From: an uncultured Poribacteria bacterium
Lineage (GTDB): Bacteria > Poribacteria > WGA-4E > WGA-3G
Reading direction: 5' to 3'
DNA length: 64,000 nt
Assembly (NCBI GenBank): GCA_951828515.1
Contig: OX639992.1
Coordinates: 4,304,509-4,368,508, forward strand
The notes under the pieces are model-generated. The model had not been told where the DNA came from and did no database searches. It saw only the letters and a program-made list of their open reading frames with translations. The position numbers were made by a program, and so were the translations under genes. Shown here in pieces: positions 42,885 through 53,637 of the stretch (position 1 is its first letter; each line of letters opens with the position of its first letter).

Positions 42885-44315
42885 TCATTGGGTATGTACT
42901 GATAAATCGCTTGCGATCGTTAATCGTCTCTGACGTGTAAAGGTACGTGGACGCGTGAACCCTTCGCCTGTCGGTCCCGCGATAGTCATCGCGAGGTAGC
43001 CTTCGCCTTCTAATCCGCAGGAAGAGTAAGAAGGTGCGTTAATGACTGTAACGCTACAGTCCATTGCCTTTGTGAACTGCGTAATGCGTTTGGTGTTGTT
43101 TGTGTGAAGCACTGCGGTGTGCCCACGTCCACCTTCTGCTCTGACCGCGCCTGCCAATGCCTCATCGAAGTCGCGACAACGAACGACGGGCAGAATCGGC
43201 ATCAGATATTCGTTAATGACGAACCCATGATCCGCTGGTACCTCAACAACGATTGCAACTGTCTGTGGGGGTGCTGTGATACCGGCGGCGTTTAAAATGG
43301 TCAACGCATCTTTGCCGATGTACTCCTTGTTTGATTCCTCTTTTTCTGTGACAACCGCCTCTAATGCCTGAAGCTGGCTCACATTGAGTAGATGCCCGCC
43401 ATTCCGTGTTAACTCCTGAACTGTTTCGTTTGCTACGGAATCGATAACGAAAAGTGCTTTCTCACCGATACAGAGCAGATTGTTGTCAAAACTTGTGCCG
43501 GCAATGACATGTTCCGCTGCCTGCTGAACATCCGCTGTTTCGTCAATGATTGCAGGCGGATTGCCGGGTCCAGCGGCGACTGTCTTTTTACCGCTTGAGA
43601 GTGCAGTCCGGACGACGGACGCGCCACCTGTCGCAACGAGCATAGCGATGTCAGGATGCTCCATGATCTCCTTTGCTGTTCGCAGACTGGCGTTCGCAAC
43701 CGAAGTAAGTAAGTTAGCAGGACCCCCTGCCTTGACGATTGCTTCGTTGATGACGTGCATCGTTTCTTCGGTGCAGTCGCGCGCATTCGGGTGCGGGCTG
43801 AACACAACAGAATTCCCTGCTGATAGCATTATAATCGCATGGTTAATTACCGTTGAGGTCGGATTCGTGGTAGGGGTGATCGAGTTGATAACGCCGAAAG
43901 GAACATATTCGATGAGAAGTGTTCCAGAATCGCCCGATACCGCCTCAGACAGAAGGTCATCCACACCCGGTGAGAGTGTTACCGCCCCCTCATTCTTCAT
44001 CACCTTATGTGCCGCATCCCCCATATTTGTGTCTTGTACTGCCAAGTCCGCAAGACGTTTCGCGTTCGCGAGTGATACCTCTTTGATCGCTTTGATGATC
44101 TCGCGCCTTTTGGCAAACCCAAGTTTGACAAGTGCTTTCTGTGCCGTTTGTGCGGCTGCGATAGCCTCTGCCGCTGTCCCAAAAACGCCTGCTCGCGAGG
44201 AGGAACTCACCCCCACGGACGTAACTGGCTGTGTTGCGACTGGTCTGTCTTGTTGGAGTGTTCTTAAGACTTGGGAGACAATTTCTTCAATCTGTTTTTC
44301 GTCAATTTGTGCCAT
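42885..44315 (-). CDS. EutE/PduP-type acylating aldehyde dehydrogenase with N-terminal BMC encapsulation peptide
   Basis: PTTNPT, ATGG, AGPGNPP, FDNNLLC.GEK, TGEG; N-term IDEKQIEEIVSQVLRTL. Confidence 0.9.
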   Translation of the reverse strand: MAQIDEKQIEEIVSQVLRTLQQDRPVATQPVTSVGVSSSSRAGVFGTAAEAIAAAQTAQKALVKLGFAKRREIIKAIKEVSLANAKRLADLAVQDTNMGDAAHKVMKNEGAVTLSPGVDDLLSEAVSGDSGTLLIEYVPFGVINSITPTTNPTSTVINHAIIMLSAGNSVVFSPHPNARDCTEETMHVINEAIVKAGGPANLLTSVANASLRTAKEIMEHPDIAMLVATGGASVVRTALSSGKKTVAAGPGNPPAIIDETADVQQAAEHVIAGTSFDNNLLCIGEKALFVIDSVANETVQELTRNGGHLLNVSQLQALEAVVTEKEESNKEYIGKDALTILNAAGITAPPQTVAIVVEVPADHGFVINEYLMPILPVVRCRDFDEALAGAVRAEGGRGHTAVLHTNNTKRITQFTKAMDCSVTVINAPSYSSCGLEGEGYLAMTIAGPTGEGFTRPRTFTRQRRLTIASDLSVHTQ

Positions 44316-44483
44316 TCAGCCCTCCAATACCTCGTTGCGCAGGGCGCGCTACGGGAACACATGCTGAACCACTAATGGATCCAGACGATAGATATAGACC
44401 CTGTGGCAGGGCAACGTGTTCTCTACTAAAGCGGTGTAGGGTTGGGGTACGAAAGCCATCCCTCACCCTACAAAATTTCCGAT

Positions 44484-44783
44484 TTATTTGCTGCTACTCT
44501 TGGCTGCAGAATTCCCGCCAAGAATGGCTTCCACATCTGAATGTGGGCGAGGGATGACATGCACCGACACTAATTCGCCGACTGCTTTCGCCGCTTCTGC
44601 GCCAGCATCTGTCGCAGCTTGCACCGCACCGACATCTCCACGGACCAAAACAGTGACAAAACCGCCACCTACCTGTTCTTTTCCGACCAATTTGACGTTT
44701 GCAGCTTTCACCATGGTGTCAGCAGCTTCGACCGCACCAACGAGTCCACGTGTTTCAACCATTCCTAATGCTTCATTGCTCAT
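44484..44783 (-). CDS. BMC-H microcompartment shell protein (EutM/PduA-like)
   Basis: [33 protein letters not shown]. Confidence 0.95.
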   Translation of the reverse strand: MSNEALGMVETRGLVGAVEAADTMVKAANVKLVGKEQVGGGFVTVLVRGDVGAVQAATDAGAEAAKAVGELVSVHVIPRPHSDVEAILGGNSAAKSSSK

Positions 44784-45005
44784 GTAGTTAGCTCCTTATC
44801 TGTGAAAATAGAATACGAGGCACCGTCCGGCGTACCACCGATGTCTGTTGTTAGGTTGGCCATAGCCTCGGTACGCACAGCGTCCCCTTAATCAAATATG
44901 CTCGTTAATAATGATACTACAAAATTCGCATTTCTGCAAGTCAAATTTTTAATATCATCAGGATAGGTGTGGAGGTTTAATCCAATGTACTTTTCGATTT
45001 TGTCT

Positions 45006-45034
45006 TGACTTTTAATCGGAATTCTGCTAAAATA
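45006..45034 (+). promoter_or_regulatory. Sigma70 promoter TTGACT-17-(TGn)TAAAAT
   Basis: Consensus upstream of citrate synthase-like gene; divergent TTGCAG-17-TATCAT on minus strand near 44911-44939. Confidence 0.6.
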
Positions 45035-45201
45035 TATTAAAGTATTGACGCAAGTCGATTAAAAACTTTTTTAAGCGGAATCTGAAGCACCTCATTGTCT
45101 TGTCGCGTGAAGGGGGGTTGCGTGGATTCAGACGAATTAAATTTCGGAGAAACTTGTAAAACAAAAATTTCTATTGGAACGTCAACGAAGGAGAACTCAT
45201 T

Positions 45202-46752
45202 TTGAACAAAGTTTTGGGGGTGAAGCAGGCAGCCGCGGCCCGAAAAATCCTGTCTGGTGTGCCAGAAGCCTCAACGTATGCCCCAGTAACGGATTCCTTA
45301 AACAGAGCGGCAGAGTTGGGTGAAGATAAGATCACAGCCGTGCTTACCAGTTTCAGCTCGATGCCACAATCGACAACCGTTTTCGCGAATCCGGCGTTGC
45401 ACAAAGTCGCAGTTGATTGTGCTGGCACCCAAATAACATTGAACATTCGCAGCTTTGCTATTCGGGGTATTGTATCTGAAAGTGAGATCGTTGCAGGACA
45501 GATCAGTCCCGCTGGTGTCATCTTCGCTGGACTCTTCGGTAGAAAACCTGAAACGGATGCAACTGGACTTGACGAAGAGGCACTGCTGGCAGAATTAATA
45601 GATAAGAAATTTTATAACTTTGTTACGACTCGCAGAGATAGCCTCACCGGTAAACATCGGCTCGTCAATCAGGTCGCTGAATTTGTTAAAGCCTTCCCAG
45701 AAGCAGGTCCCGAAGCTGCCATTCAACATTTCTCAACACTCCGTAAACTCAGTCATCCGAATCAGAAAGGGATTAACAGCACAAGACACCCCGGCGCACT
45801 CCTGCTTGAACTGATCGGGACGCACATGGAGAATGTCGCAGTCGGGACGGTTTCTGTGTACATGCGCCATCAGCTCCGAGAGAACAATGCACTGCATCCG
45901 CAAGTCCTCGCAATGCGCGCATCCGATCTCATTACCGAACATCAGAAAAATGGAAAAACCGCTTTCCAAACCTCCTATAGTCTCCTTTTGGGGCGTGAAG
46001 CAAGCACCGTCGAAGCGAATATCTTAGAACGAATGGGGATCATACAGGCGCACCACGGTTCCGCAGGTTCCAACGTTGTCGCACGCTATCTTGCCACTTT
46101 GCATACCGGCGCAGTCTCTGACTTTTTTGTCGCATCACAAATGACGTTAGATGGCGACCGACACTTCGGCGCAATTCACGACATGACGGCTTTCATTAAT
46201 CAAATTGAACCGCTTGATACCGAAACCCGTGAAGACGCAATTCGTCAACGGATGCTGTCTGCGCTGCCGACCTTTGGACACCCAGAAATCGCTGCCGCTG
46301 GACGATCTGATGAAATCCAGCAAGACCCCAGACCTGCCATCTATTTCAATCCTTTCTTAGAAGCTGTTGACAATGGTGACATTCAACTCAACGATCGACA
46401 GAAAAAACGGTTGGGTATTACGCAGCGCATTTACCAACTCGCTTTCATCGAAGGCTTTGTCCGTCCCGGACGTGAGGACGAACCGCCCCTCCGTTTAACA
46501 CCGAATACCGATTTCGGTGGATGGGCAGTCCAAGAAGGGTTGGACATCTATGAGAGTGATAGAACCCTATTGACCTATATCTTCCGTGGTTTTGGTTGGA
46601 TGATGGATGCCCGCGAACAACTCCAACTCAGGATTATCCGGCCCGTTATTCCACCCCACCCAGATGTCATTCCCGGACCGACTGACGATATGACCATTGC
46701 AAACGAAGTGGTCGCATTACACAATCGGATGGCAAGCACGAGCACCTTTTAG
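45202..46752 (+). CDS. Divergent citrate synthase-family protein
   Basis: HHG..S, HFGA, FGHP, DPR, PNTDF, RGFGW, IIRP motifs; adjacent to icd; TTG start with AAGGAG RBS. Confidence 0.75.
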   Translation: MNKVLGVKQAAAARKILSGVPEASTYAPVTDSLNRAAELGEDKITAVLTSFSSMPQSTTVFANPALHKVAVDCAGTQITLNIRSFAIRGIVSESEIVAGQISPAGVIFAGLFGRKPETDATGLDEEALLAELIDKKFYNFVTTRRDSLTGKHRLVNQVAEFVKAFPEAGPEAAIQHFSTLRKLSHPNQKGINSTRHPGALLLELIGTHMENVAVGTVSVYMRHQLRENNALHPQVLAMRASDLITEHQKNGKTAFQTSYSLLLGREASTVEANILERMGIIQAHHGSAGSNVVARYLATLHTGAVSDFFVASQMTLDGDRHFGAIHDMTAFINQIEPLDTETREDAIRQRMLSALPTFGHPEIAAAGRSDEIQQDPRPAIYFNPFLEAVDNGDIQLNDRQKKRLGITQRIYQLAFIEGFVRPGREDEPPLRLTPNTDFGGWAVQEGLDIYESDRTLLTYIFRGFGWMMDAREQLQLRIIRPVIPPHPDVIPGPTDDMTIANEVVALHNRMASTSTF

Positions 46753-46766
46753 GAATCATCGGTTTT

Positions 46767-46908
46767 TATGGTGGATTATCAAAATATGTAAACGTTTCAG
46801 GGAACACTGGACCTCTCTGCCACCGCTGGAGAGGGTGTTTTTGCTTGGGTGTTTCCCCTAGTATCCTCGCCCTCTTTTGGTGTATAAGTAATTCTATAAT
46901 TCACCATA
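46767..46908. mobile_element. Degenerate TATAGT-family MITE with internal REP and nested motif
   Basis: TATGGTGGATT ... AATTCACCATA ends. Confidence 0.5.
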
Positions 46909-46994
46909 GTTAAAGACAGAGGTTGTTAAATTAACGTCTCTTTTAACTGATAACTGAAGACTGAAAACCGAAAACTATTGAGAGAGGAACACCC

Positions 46995-48239
46995 GTGATT
47001 GAATTTGAGCAATTAACTGCACCAACAGAAGGGGAAAGAATCGGGATCGACAATGGACAGCTCGTCGTGCCGAATAAGCCGATTATCCCTGTTATTGAAG
47101 GCGACGGCATCGGACGAGACATCATGAAGGTTACACGCCGGGTTGTTGATGCGGCTGTTCAGACAGCGTCCAACGGTGAAAACCAGATCGTTTGGTTTGA
47201 TGTCTACGCTGGCGAAAACGCCATGGCGAAATACAACGAATGGCTCCCACAGGATACCTTTGACGCAATTGAATACTTCCGCGTTGCCCTGAAGGGACCC
47301 CTCACAACACCTGTCGGTGGTGGATTCCGAAGTCTAAACGTGACGCTGCGTCAGGTCCTTGAACTCTACGCATGTGTCCGTCCCGTCCGCTACTTCCAAG
47401 GTGTCCCCGCCCCTGTAACGCATCCCGAAAAGATGGATGTCGTTATCTTCCGTGAAAACACTGAAGATGTCTACGCTGGCATTGAATGGGAGCAAGGCAC
47501 GCCAGAGGTGAAAAAGGTTATCGAATTGCTCCGCACCGAAATGGGAGTAAACATCCGCGAGGATTCCGGTATCGGTGTGAAACCGATCAGCATTTTCGGC
47601 ACAAAACGCTTGGCACGGATGGCGATCCAGTACGCAATTGACCACGGCAGACGCAGTGTCACCTTTGTTCATAAAGGCAATATCATGAAGTTTACCGAAG
47701 GGGCGTTCTGTGCATGGGGATATGAACTCGCCAAAGAAGAATTCGCTGATCAGACGATTACAGAGGATGAACTCTACAGCGATTACGGGGGTGAGTGTCC
47801 AGAAGGAAAAATAATTGTCAATGACCGAATTGCTGACAGCATGTTGCAGCAGATTCTAACGCGAACCGATGAATACGATGTGATTGCCACCCCGAATTTG
47901 AACGGGGATTATCTCTCGGATGCTGCAGCGGCACAAGTCGGTGGTATCGGTATGGCACCCGGTGGTAACCTCAGCGATGAAGTCGCGCTTTTTGAGGCGA
48001 CGCACGGCACTGCACCGAAGTATACCGATCAGGATGTCGTCAATCCGGGTTCACTGATCCTCTCTGCGGTGATGATGCTGGAGCACATGGGCTGGCAAGA
48101 AGCCGCCGACCTGATTATTTCGGGACTTGAGAAGACCCTCCTCCAGAAACGGGTGACCTACGATCTGGAACGTCTCATGGAAGGCGCGACGAAGGTCCGA
48201 ACTTCTGAGTTCGGTGCATCGATTGTCGAGAACTTTTAG
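46995..48239 (+). CDS. icd: Isocitrate dehydrogenase (E. coli-type)
   Basis: [49 protein letters not shown]. Confidence 0.97.
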   Translation: MIEFEQLTAPTEGERIGIDNGQLVVPNKPIIPVIEGDGIGRDIMKVTRRVVDAAVQTASNGENQIVWFDVYAGENAMAKYNEWLPQDTFDAIEYFRVALKGPLTTPVGGGFRSLNVTLRQVLELYACVRPVRYFQGVPAPVTHPEKMDVVIFRENTEDVYAGIEWEQGTPEVKKVIELLRTEMGVNIREDSGIGVKPISIFGTKRLARMAIQYAIDHGRRSVTFVHKGNIMKFTEGAFCAWGYELAKEEFADQTITEDELYSDYGGECPEGKIIVNDRIADSMLQQILTRTDEYDVIATPNLNGDYLSDAAAAQVGGIGMAPGGNLSDEVALFEATHGTAPKYTDQDVVNPGSLILSAVMMLEHMGWQEAADLIISGLEKTLLQKRVTYDLERLMEGATKVRTSEFGASIVENF

Positions 48240-48278
48240 CGAAAACCTCTTCCACCACACATAGCAAAGGAACGACAG

Positions 48279-48416
48279 ATGTCCTTAAAAACGAAGATTA
48301 TTCTGGGAACAGGTGTGTTGGCGGCTATCGGCATCGGTATCGGTCTTGAATTACATCGTCTTCACAGGCGCATTCTGGAAGAATTAGTGGCAATTCGCCA
48401 GCAAGGCGAGCGGTAA
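48279..48416 (+). CDS. Small single-TM protein (45 aa), not in ORF track
   Basis: MSLKTKIILGTGVLAAIGIGIGLELHRLHRRILEELVAIRQQGER*; RBS AAGGA. Confidence 0.55.
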   Translation: MSLKTKIILGTGVLAAIGIGIGLELHRLHRRILEELVAIRQQGER

Positions 48417-48630
48417 TTGATACCGTTTCCAACTGCCCCTGTCCTGCACAATTATCCTTCCTAAACTCTTAGGGCATTCCGTTTTCCCTTCTTGAGTCCC
48501 AGCGGGTTTATTTGCTTGGGTGTTTCCTTCAATATGTTTATAGAAACCGTTCAGAAGAGCCATCAAGCCCTGTAAGGGCGGCATTTGGCAGCTCTAAGGA
48601 CTTTCTGTGCCAGAGAACGAGGTATACATC

Positions 48631-49896
48631 ATGATTACCGAACTCAGCGCGCAAAATTTCAAATCTTGGGAAGATACGGGTAAGTTGCAGATAGCACCCT
48701 TAACCGGATTTTTCGGCGCGAACAGTTCCGGCAAAACCAGCATTCTGCAAACGCTGCTCATGCTAAAGCAGACCGTGGAACGTCCATGGAATTGGGAGGG
48801 AATTATTGATTTCGGTGACGATAATTCACTGGTTAACTTGGGCAGTTTTGACGACCTCATTCACGGACACAGACGTGACCATCCACTCCGAATCTCACTA
48901 TCGTGGAAATTATCAGAAGAACTAAGGATAGGAGATACGGACGAGGTGGATACCCTCTCCTTTGATCTCAGCATCAATAACAATGAAAATTCAGTCTCCC
49001 AGCCGGTTTTCAATTATAGGGTAGACGAACAACGCTTTGGGATAAGTTGGGATAGTCAGGGGATCTGTTGGGTTTCTGCCCCCAGTGTGCCAAATCTCGA
49101 TGCCACCGTGTTTCGGTGTTATGGGATTCACAATTTATACTCTGATATACTGAAACTTTTTTCACCGCTCCAAACTTGTTTTGAAAATCTGTTTCGCAGC
49201 ATCCGTTATCTCGGTCCCCTCCGTGAATATCCCCGCCGGCATTACGCATGGCAGGGTAAGCATTCGCCAGGTGTAGGGCAGCACGGGGAAGATATGGTCA
49301 CCGCCCTCTTTTCCGGACGAATTCAACTCCGTTCTCTTGACGAGCAGATCCCTAAATGGCTACAGCGGTTGGATTTAATCGACTCCTATCGCCTCAATCC
49401 TATCTCCGAAACAGAAAAGGATTACGAATTTCTCGTCAGAAAATACAAGGGCGGACCCGAAGTCCGACTCACAGATGTCGGTTTTGGGGTTTCGCAGGTG
49501 CTGCCAGTATTAGTTCTGTGTTATTACGTGCCTGAGGGAAGTATCCTCATTCTTGAACAACCTGAAGCACATCTCCATCCGAAAGTCCAGTCGGAATTGG
49601 CGGATCTTCTTATTGAGGTCGTAAAAAATCGGCGACTCCAAATTATCCTTGAGAGCCACAGTGAGCATCTGCTGATACGGTTAATGCGACGGATCGCTGA
49701 GGAACAGATTTCAGCAGACGACACCGCCTTCTATTTTTGTGAAATGAACGAAGGGGTATCCGAAATTGAGAAGCTCAATGTGGATGATTACGGAAACATC
49801 ACGAATTGGCCACAAAACTTCTTCGGGGATGAGATGGGTGACTTGGCAGCAAAAACGAAAGCGGAGATGAAACGTCGGAAAGCCGGCAAATTATGA
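48631..49896 (+). CDS. ABC/AAA_21 ATPase with DUF3696-like C-terminus
   Basis: QNFKS, GANSSGKT, DVGFGVSQVLP, LEQPEAHLHP, ESHSEH, NWPQNFF. Confidence 0.88.
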   Translation: MITELSAQNFKSWEDTGKLQIAPLTGFFGANSSGKTSILQTLLMLKQTVERPWNWEGIIDFGDDNSLVNLGSFDDLIHGHRRDHPLRISLSWKLSEELRIGDTDEVDTLSFDLSINNNENSVSQPVFNYRVDEQRFGISWDSQGICWVSAPSVPNLDATVFRCYGIHNLYSDILKLFSPLQTCFENLFRSIRYLGPLREYPRRHYAWQGKHSPGVGQHGEDMVTALFSGRIQLRSLDEQIPKWLQRLDLIDSYRLNPISETEKDYEFLVRKYKGGPEVRLTDVGFGVSQVLPVLVLCYYVPEGSILILEQPEAHLHPKVQSELADLLIEVVKNRRLQIILESHSEHLLIRLMRRIAEEQISADDTAFYFCEMNEGVSEIEKLNVDDYGNITNWPQNFFGDEMGDLAAKTKAEMKRRKAGKL

Positions 49897-50396
49897 AAGT
49901 TATTGTAGATACAAATGTTCCGTTAGTTGCCAATGGGAGAGCAGACCAAGCATCTGAAGATTGCGTGGAAACCTGTATTGACGAACTAATGAAGATTACC
50001 GAAGGTAACGTAAAATTAGTGTTGGATGACCAGCGACGAATTATCGAAGAATACCGAAATAAATTGAATCCGGGAGGTTTTCCTGGTGTTGGAGACGCTT
50101 TCCTTAAATGGGCGGAGATAAATTGGGCAAACCTGCAACAATGTGATTTGGTTTCCATTACACCTATTGATGATTTAGAAACTGATTTTCAGGAGTTTCC
50201 AGCATACCCGGCGTTAGCGGATTTTGATCCGGATGATAGAAAATTTATCGCTGTTGCACTCGCACACTCCGAGAAACCTCCTATCTTGCAAGCGGTGGAT
50301 AGTGGGTGGTGGAACTACCGAGAGGCATTCCATCGAAACGGTGTAACGATTGATTTCATCTGTGAAAATGACATTCGTTTGATGCTAAACCTGTAA
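49893..50396 (+). CDS. PIN-like domain protein
   Basis: VIVDTNV, DPDDRKFIAVA, AVDSGW; ATGA overlap with ATPase. Confidence 0.75.
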   Translation: MKVIVDTNVPLVANGRADQASEDCVETCIDELMKITEGNVKLVLDDQRRIIEEYRNKLNPGGFPGVGDAFLKWAEINWANLQQCDLVSITPIDDLETDFQEFPAYPALADFDPDDRKFIAVALAHSEKPPILQAVDSGWWNYREAFHRNGVTIDFICENDIRLMLNL

Positions 50397-50505
50397 CTTC
50401 TATTTTCCCACCTCAAAAATAAGCCTACCCAATCTTAATCTGATGTTCTGTATTGCCACGACCCAACCTACATACACCGAAAGAAATACCCTTCCGTAAG
50501 ATTTT

Positions 50506-50599
50506 TATAGTAAAGCCCGAAAATATCTGCACACCCCCGGTAGGTGCGGTTTCTAACCGCACCGAGTTTGGTGTAAAAGTAATTGCAGGATCCACTATA
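50506..50599. mobile_element. TATAGT-ended MITE-like element with internal REP
   Basis: Near-identical to 21336-21429. Confidence 0.7.
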
Positions 50600-51177
50600 A
50601 TATGACAATTTTTGTGTGTTTGGACGCAATTTTTGCGTGTTTTCATGCGGTTTCTGCATAGTTGCGAGAGCTTAGGATTGAAAACGGGCTCCGTCTCTTT
50701 GACAGTGACGAAAAAAATGGACGCGTATGCCCGTTCTCTAAACCCAGTGTACGTCTGTATTTGAAGCGCATTACCGTAAAGACCTCCTTCGATCTTGGCG
50801 AAAATATGTCCGTTATGGATAGGATTGGCACGAAATTTGCTACTTTACCATTACCAACTGTTTATATAATCATATCTGGTCATTAGCAATGTCAGATTCT
50901 GTATATAAAATAGTTGTATTCGGTATGCTTTATTGAGAATTCAGCCTATATTTTGTTTAGCAAAGCTGTCGCCGGATTCTTAGGTTCGACTCCCATTTTT
51001 CCTTTCATTAACGAACGGGATGTTCTATCTCTCTGATTTTTCTGTGGAGGGATATGTTTAAACCTTTTCGTTCCTACGGAGTTTTATCGGTGCCAGCGAG
51101 TTGTATTGTAAACGTTTAGCACTTTATAGGCTTTCGGTTCGCACAAGCTTATATTTCCCTTGGTAAGGAGATAGTGA

Positions 51178-51531
51178 ATGGATAGAGGTGTCTTTGACGG
51201 GTTCACTGTGAAAATATTTTATGGCGAGGACGACTATTATCTCGCGCATTTTGTGGAGCTTCCGAATGTTTGGGCTTTCGGAACGACGCCATCTAAGGCT
51301 ATGATTGAATTGGAAGCGACTTGGGAATTAATAAAACAGCATAATCGGATGGACAGAGAACCCATTCCGAAGGCACCTTCACAAGAAGCGTATGAAGGAT
51401 TTTTCAATGTTCCGGTCGATGCGCAACTTTATCACACCCTGACTGTTGCTGCGACGGAAGCAGGTGTGAACCTGTATACCATCGTGGCACGTAAGCTCGC
51501 CGCAGCAACAAAAAATGATGAGGGGTTATAG
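51178..51531 (+). CDS. HicB-family antitoxin (no adjacent HicA seen)
   Basis: YLAHFVELPNV.AFG.T...A..EL, PIP, C-terminal RHH-like segment. Confidence 0.75.
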   Translation: MDRGVFDGFTVKIFYGEDDYYLAHFVELPNVWAFGTTPSKAMIELEATWELIKQHNRMDREPIPKAPSQEAYEGFFNVPVDAQLYHTLTVAATEAGVNLYTIVARKLAAATKNDEGL

Positions 51532-51651
51532 ATAGAGTAAAACCCGTTTGCTGGCGAGGTTTTAAAGCCTCGCCACGCACCCGTACTGCACACCATCACA
51601 AAACCCTCAAGTCCGTATTCCTACCTTTCAGAAAATCCATACAAAAAGCAC

Positions 51652-51680
51652 TTGACACCAACCACGCTTTAAGGTATCAT
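51652..51680 (+). promoter_or_regulatory. Sigma70 promoter TTGACA-17-TATCAT
   Basis: Consensus match upstream of NIPSNAP gene. Confidence 0.6.
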
Positions 51681-51801
51681 CCTCATTGCCTAAATCGCCG
51701 GTTTCAGCCCTACTGGGAGATATGTGTAGAGAGTGGTATTATCTACATTTAACGAGATAGTTCCAATAAATCAGAACGAACGAATAACGCGGGAGGAGAG
51801 T

Positions 51802-52422
51802 ATGATCCACGAAATAAGAACCTACAATTTGAAACTCGGCCAACTTAACGAATACTGGGAACGTTTCGGCGAGAAGTTACCCGGACGCCAGAAGCTATCG
51901 AAACTCGGTGGACACTGGTACACCGAAGTAGGACCCTTGAACCAGATGGTCGCTATTTGGCCCTATGAGAGTCTTGAACAGCGGGCGGAGATCCGGCGCA
52001 CTGCGGAAGCGGGACCGAATCCGGTATGGCCCCCCGATACAAGCGATCTCATTGTGTCGATGGTATCCGAGATTTTTCTGCCAGCCCCCTTTATGGAACC
52101 CTTGGGTGAAAGAGACCTCGGACCGATATATGAGATGCGTTTGTACACCTATCCAGCGGAAGGTATGCCGCAGGTTTTAGAAGCGTGGGGTGCCGCTATC
52201 CCTGAACGCGTGAAGTATTCATCGTTGGCAGGCTGTTGGTACTCGGAATACGGTGGGGTCAACAATTTCATCCATATATGGGCGTATAGGAGTTTTGAAG
52301 AACGCCAACGCATCCGAGTAGAGACGCGAGAGAAAGGCGTCTGGCCCCCCAAAGGTTCAGTCAGACCCATCACGCAGGAGAGCAAGCTTCTGCTACCTGC
52401 CCCTTTTTCACCGATGCAGTAG
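51802..52422 (+). CDS. NIPSNAP family protein (two domains)
   Basis: IHEIRTY, W.TEVG.LN, IYEMRLY, HIWAY.S.EER, PAPFSPMQ. Confidence 0.9.
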   Translation: MIHEIRTYNLKLGQLNEYWERFGEKLPGRQKLSKLGGHWYTEVGPLNQMVAIWPYESLEQRAEIRRTAEAGPNPVWPPDTSDLIVSMVSEIFLPAPFMEPLGERDLGPIYEMRLYTYPAEGMPQVLEAWGAAIPERVKYSSLAGCWYSEYGGVNNFIHIWAYRSFEERQRIRVETREKGVWPPKGSVRPITQESKLLLPAPFSPMQ

Positions 52423-52439
52423 TCTAATAACCCCTCCGC

Positions 52440-53630
52440 ACCGCTGGCGAGGTTTCCCACCTCGCCTTCTTTCTTTTCTCTCATTTCTTAAACACTGCTC
52501 TGTACACTATCGTACTACGATGCTACAATCGGTTTTCCAAATATGGTCACTGACTGCTGATTGCTGACCGCTGACCGCTGTTCGCGGTAGGTGCGGTTTT
52601 CAACCGTACCATAAGTGTCAATCTAAGAAAAAATAACCGTCACGCCCCAGAAAAGTAGGCGCTGTTTGAAACTGCGCCGGATTTTACACAGAACCCCTGA
52701 AAACTTCAAAGACCTCTTGAATCCCGTAGGGTTTATTTGCTTGGGTATTTCTTCAGTATCTCTGTAGAAAAGTGCTACCTTACAGACCTAAGCCCCGTAG
52801 GGGTTTTTTGATAGGGTGTTTCTTCAGCATCTATAGAAATCTGTGGCAAAATGATACCGAAAACCACTAAATTGACACCTATGGTGCGGTTTCCTAACCG
52901 CACCGGGCATAACCAAAAACAGTGGGACCTTTTAAGAGGAATCATCAATCAGAATTGGTATAACTACTGTTCTTCTGTAGGAGCGAGTGTTTTTGCTTGG
53001 GTGTTTCCGCATGCTCGCGAAGCAAGGTAGTAGGCACACTCCGTGTGCCGTTCACTAAGAAAGAACGTGCGATAATGCACGTCGCATTTGGGCGAGTACG
53101 CCGCAAAATCGCACGACTACAAACAGAATTTTGATTTCCCCAGCGGGGCGATATGTGTTAATTGTCTGAATCACGGATTGACACAGATTACGCGGATTAC
53201 GCGGATAAGAGAGCGTTCATTATTGGCATAGTGGATTTTAGTTTTCCTAACAGGGCTTGGCTAATGCGGTGCACACCGTGCTATAAACATACCGCCCTTA
53301 CAGGTTTTAGGTTTACAAAAATCAAATATACTTGGAAATAAGAAACACCTATTATATTTAGCCCAGCAGGGGTTTTGCTTGAGTGTTTCTTCAATATGTC
53401 TATAATTATGTGATGCTTCATCCCTCTTTAGCCCCAACGGGGCGACATGTTTATAGTCGCATGATGCTCCACCACTCCTCAGCCCCAGCGGGGCGACATG
53501 TGTGTAGAAAGCGACAATAACCACCTATCTTTAGCCCCAGCGGGGCGGCATGTGTGTAGGAAAGTGGTAAATCCCAAAACCCAAACCCCGTAGGGGCTGT
53601 GGGTTTCCCAACCTCGCTCCTCGCTACCAA
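52440..53630. repeat. Dense cluster of nested REP/MITE-like repeats
   Basis: Several palindrome families, CCATAAGTGTCAA/TTGACACCTATGG element 52609-52884, repeated AGCCCCAGCGGGGCG. Confidence 0.85.
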
Positions 53631-53637
53631 CCTCTGA

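Noticed and set aside
50970-51000. tRNA-like GGTTCGACTCCC
   Set aside because: No acceptor stem, D-arm or anticodon arm could be built around it.
50900-51177. HicA toxin upstream of hicB
   Set aside because: No ORF with the GSH motif found.
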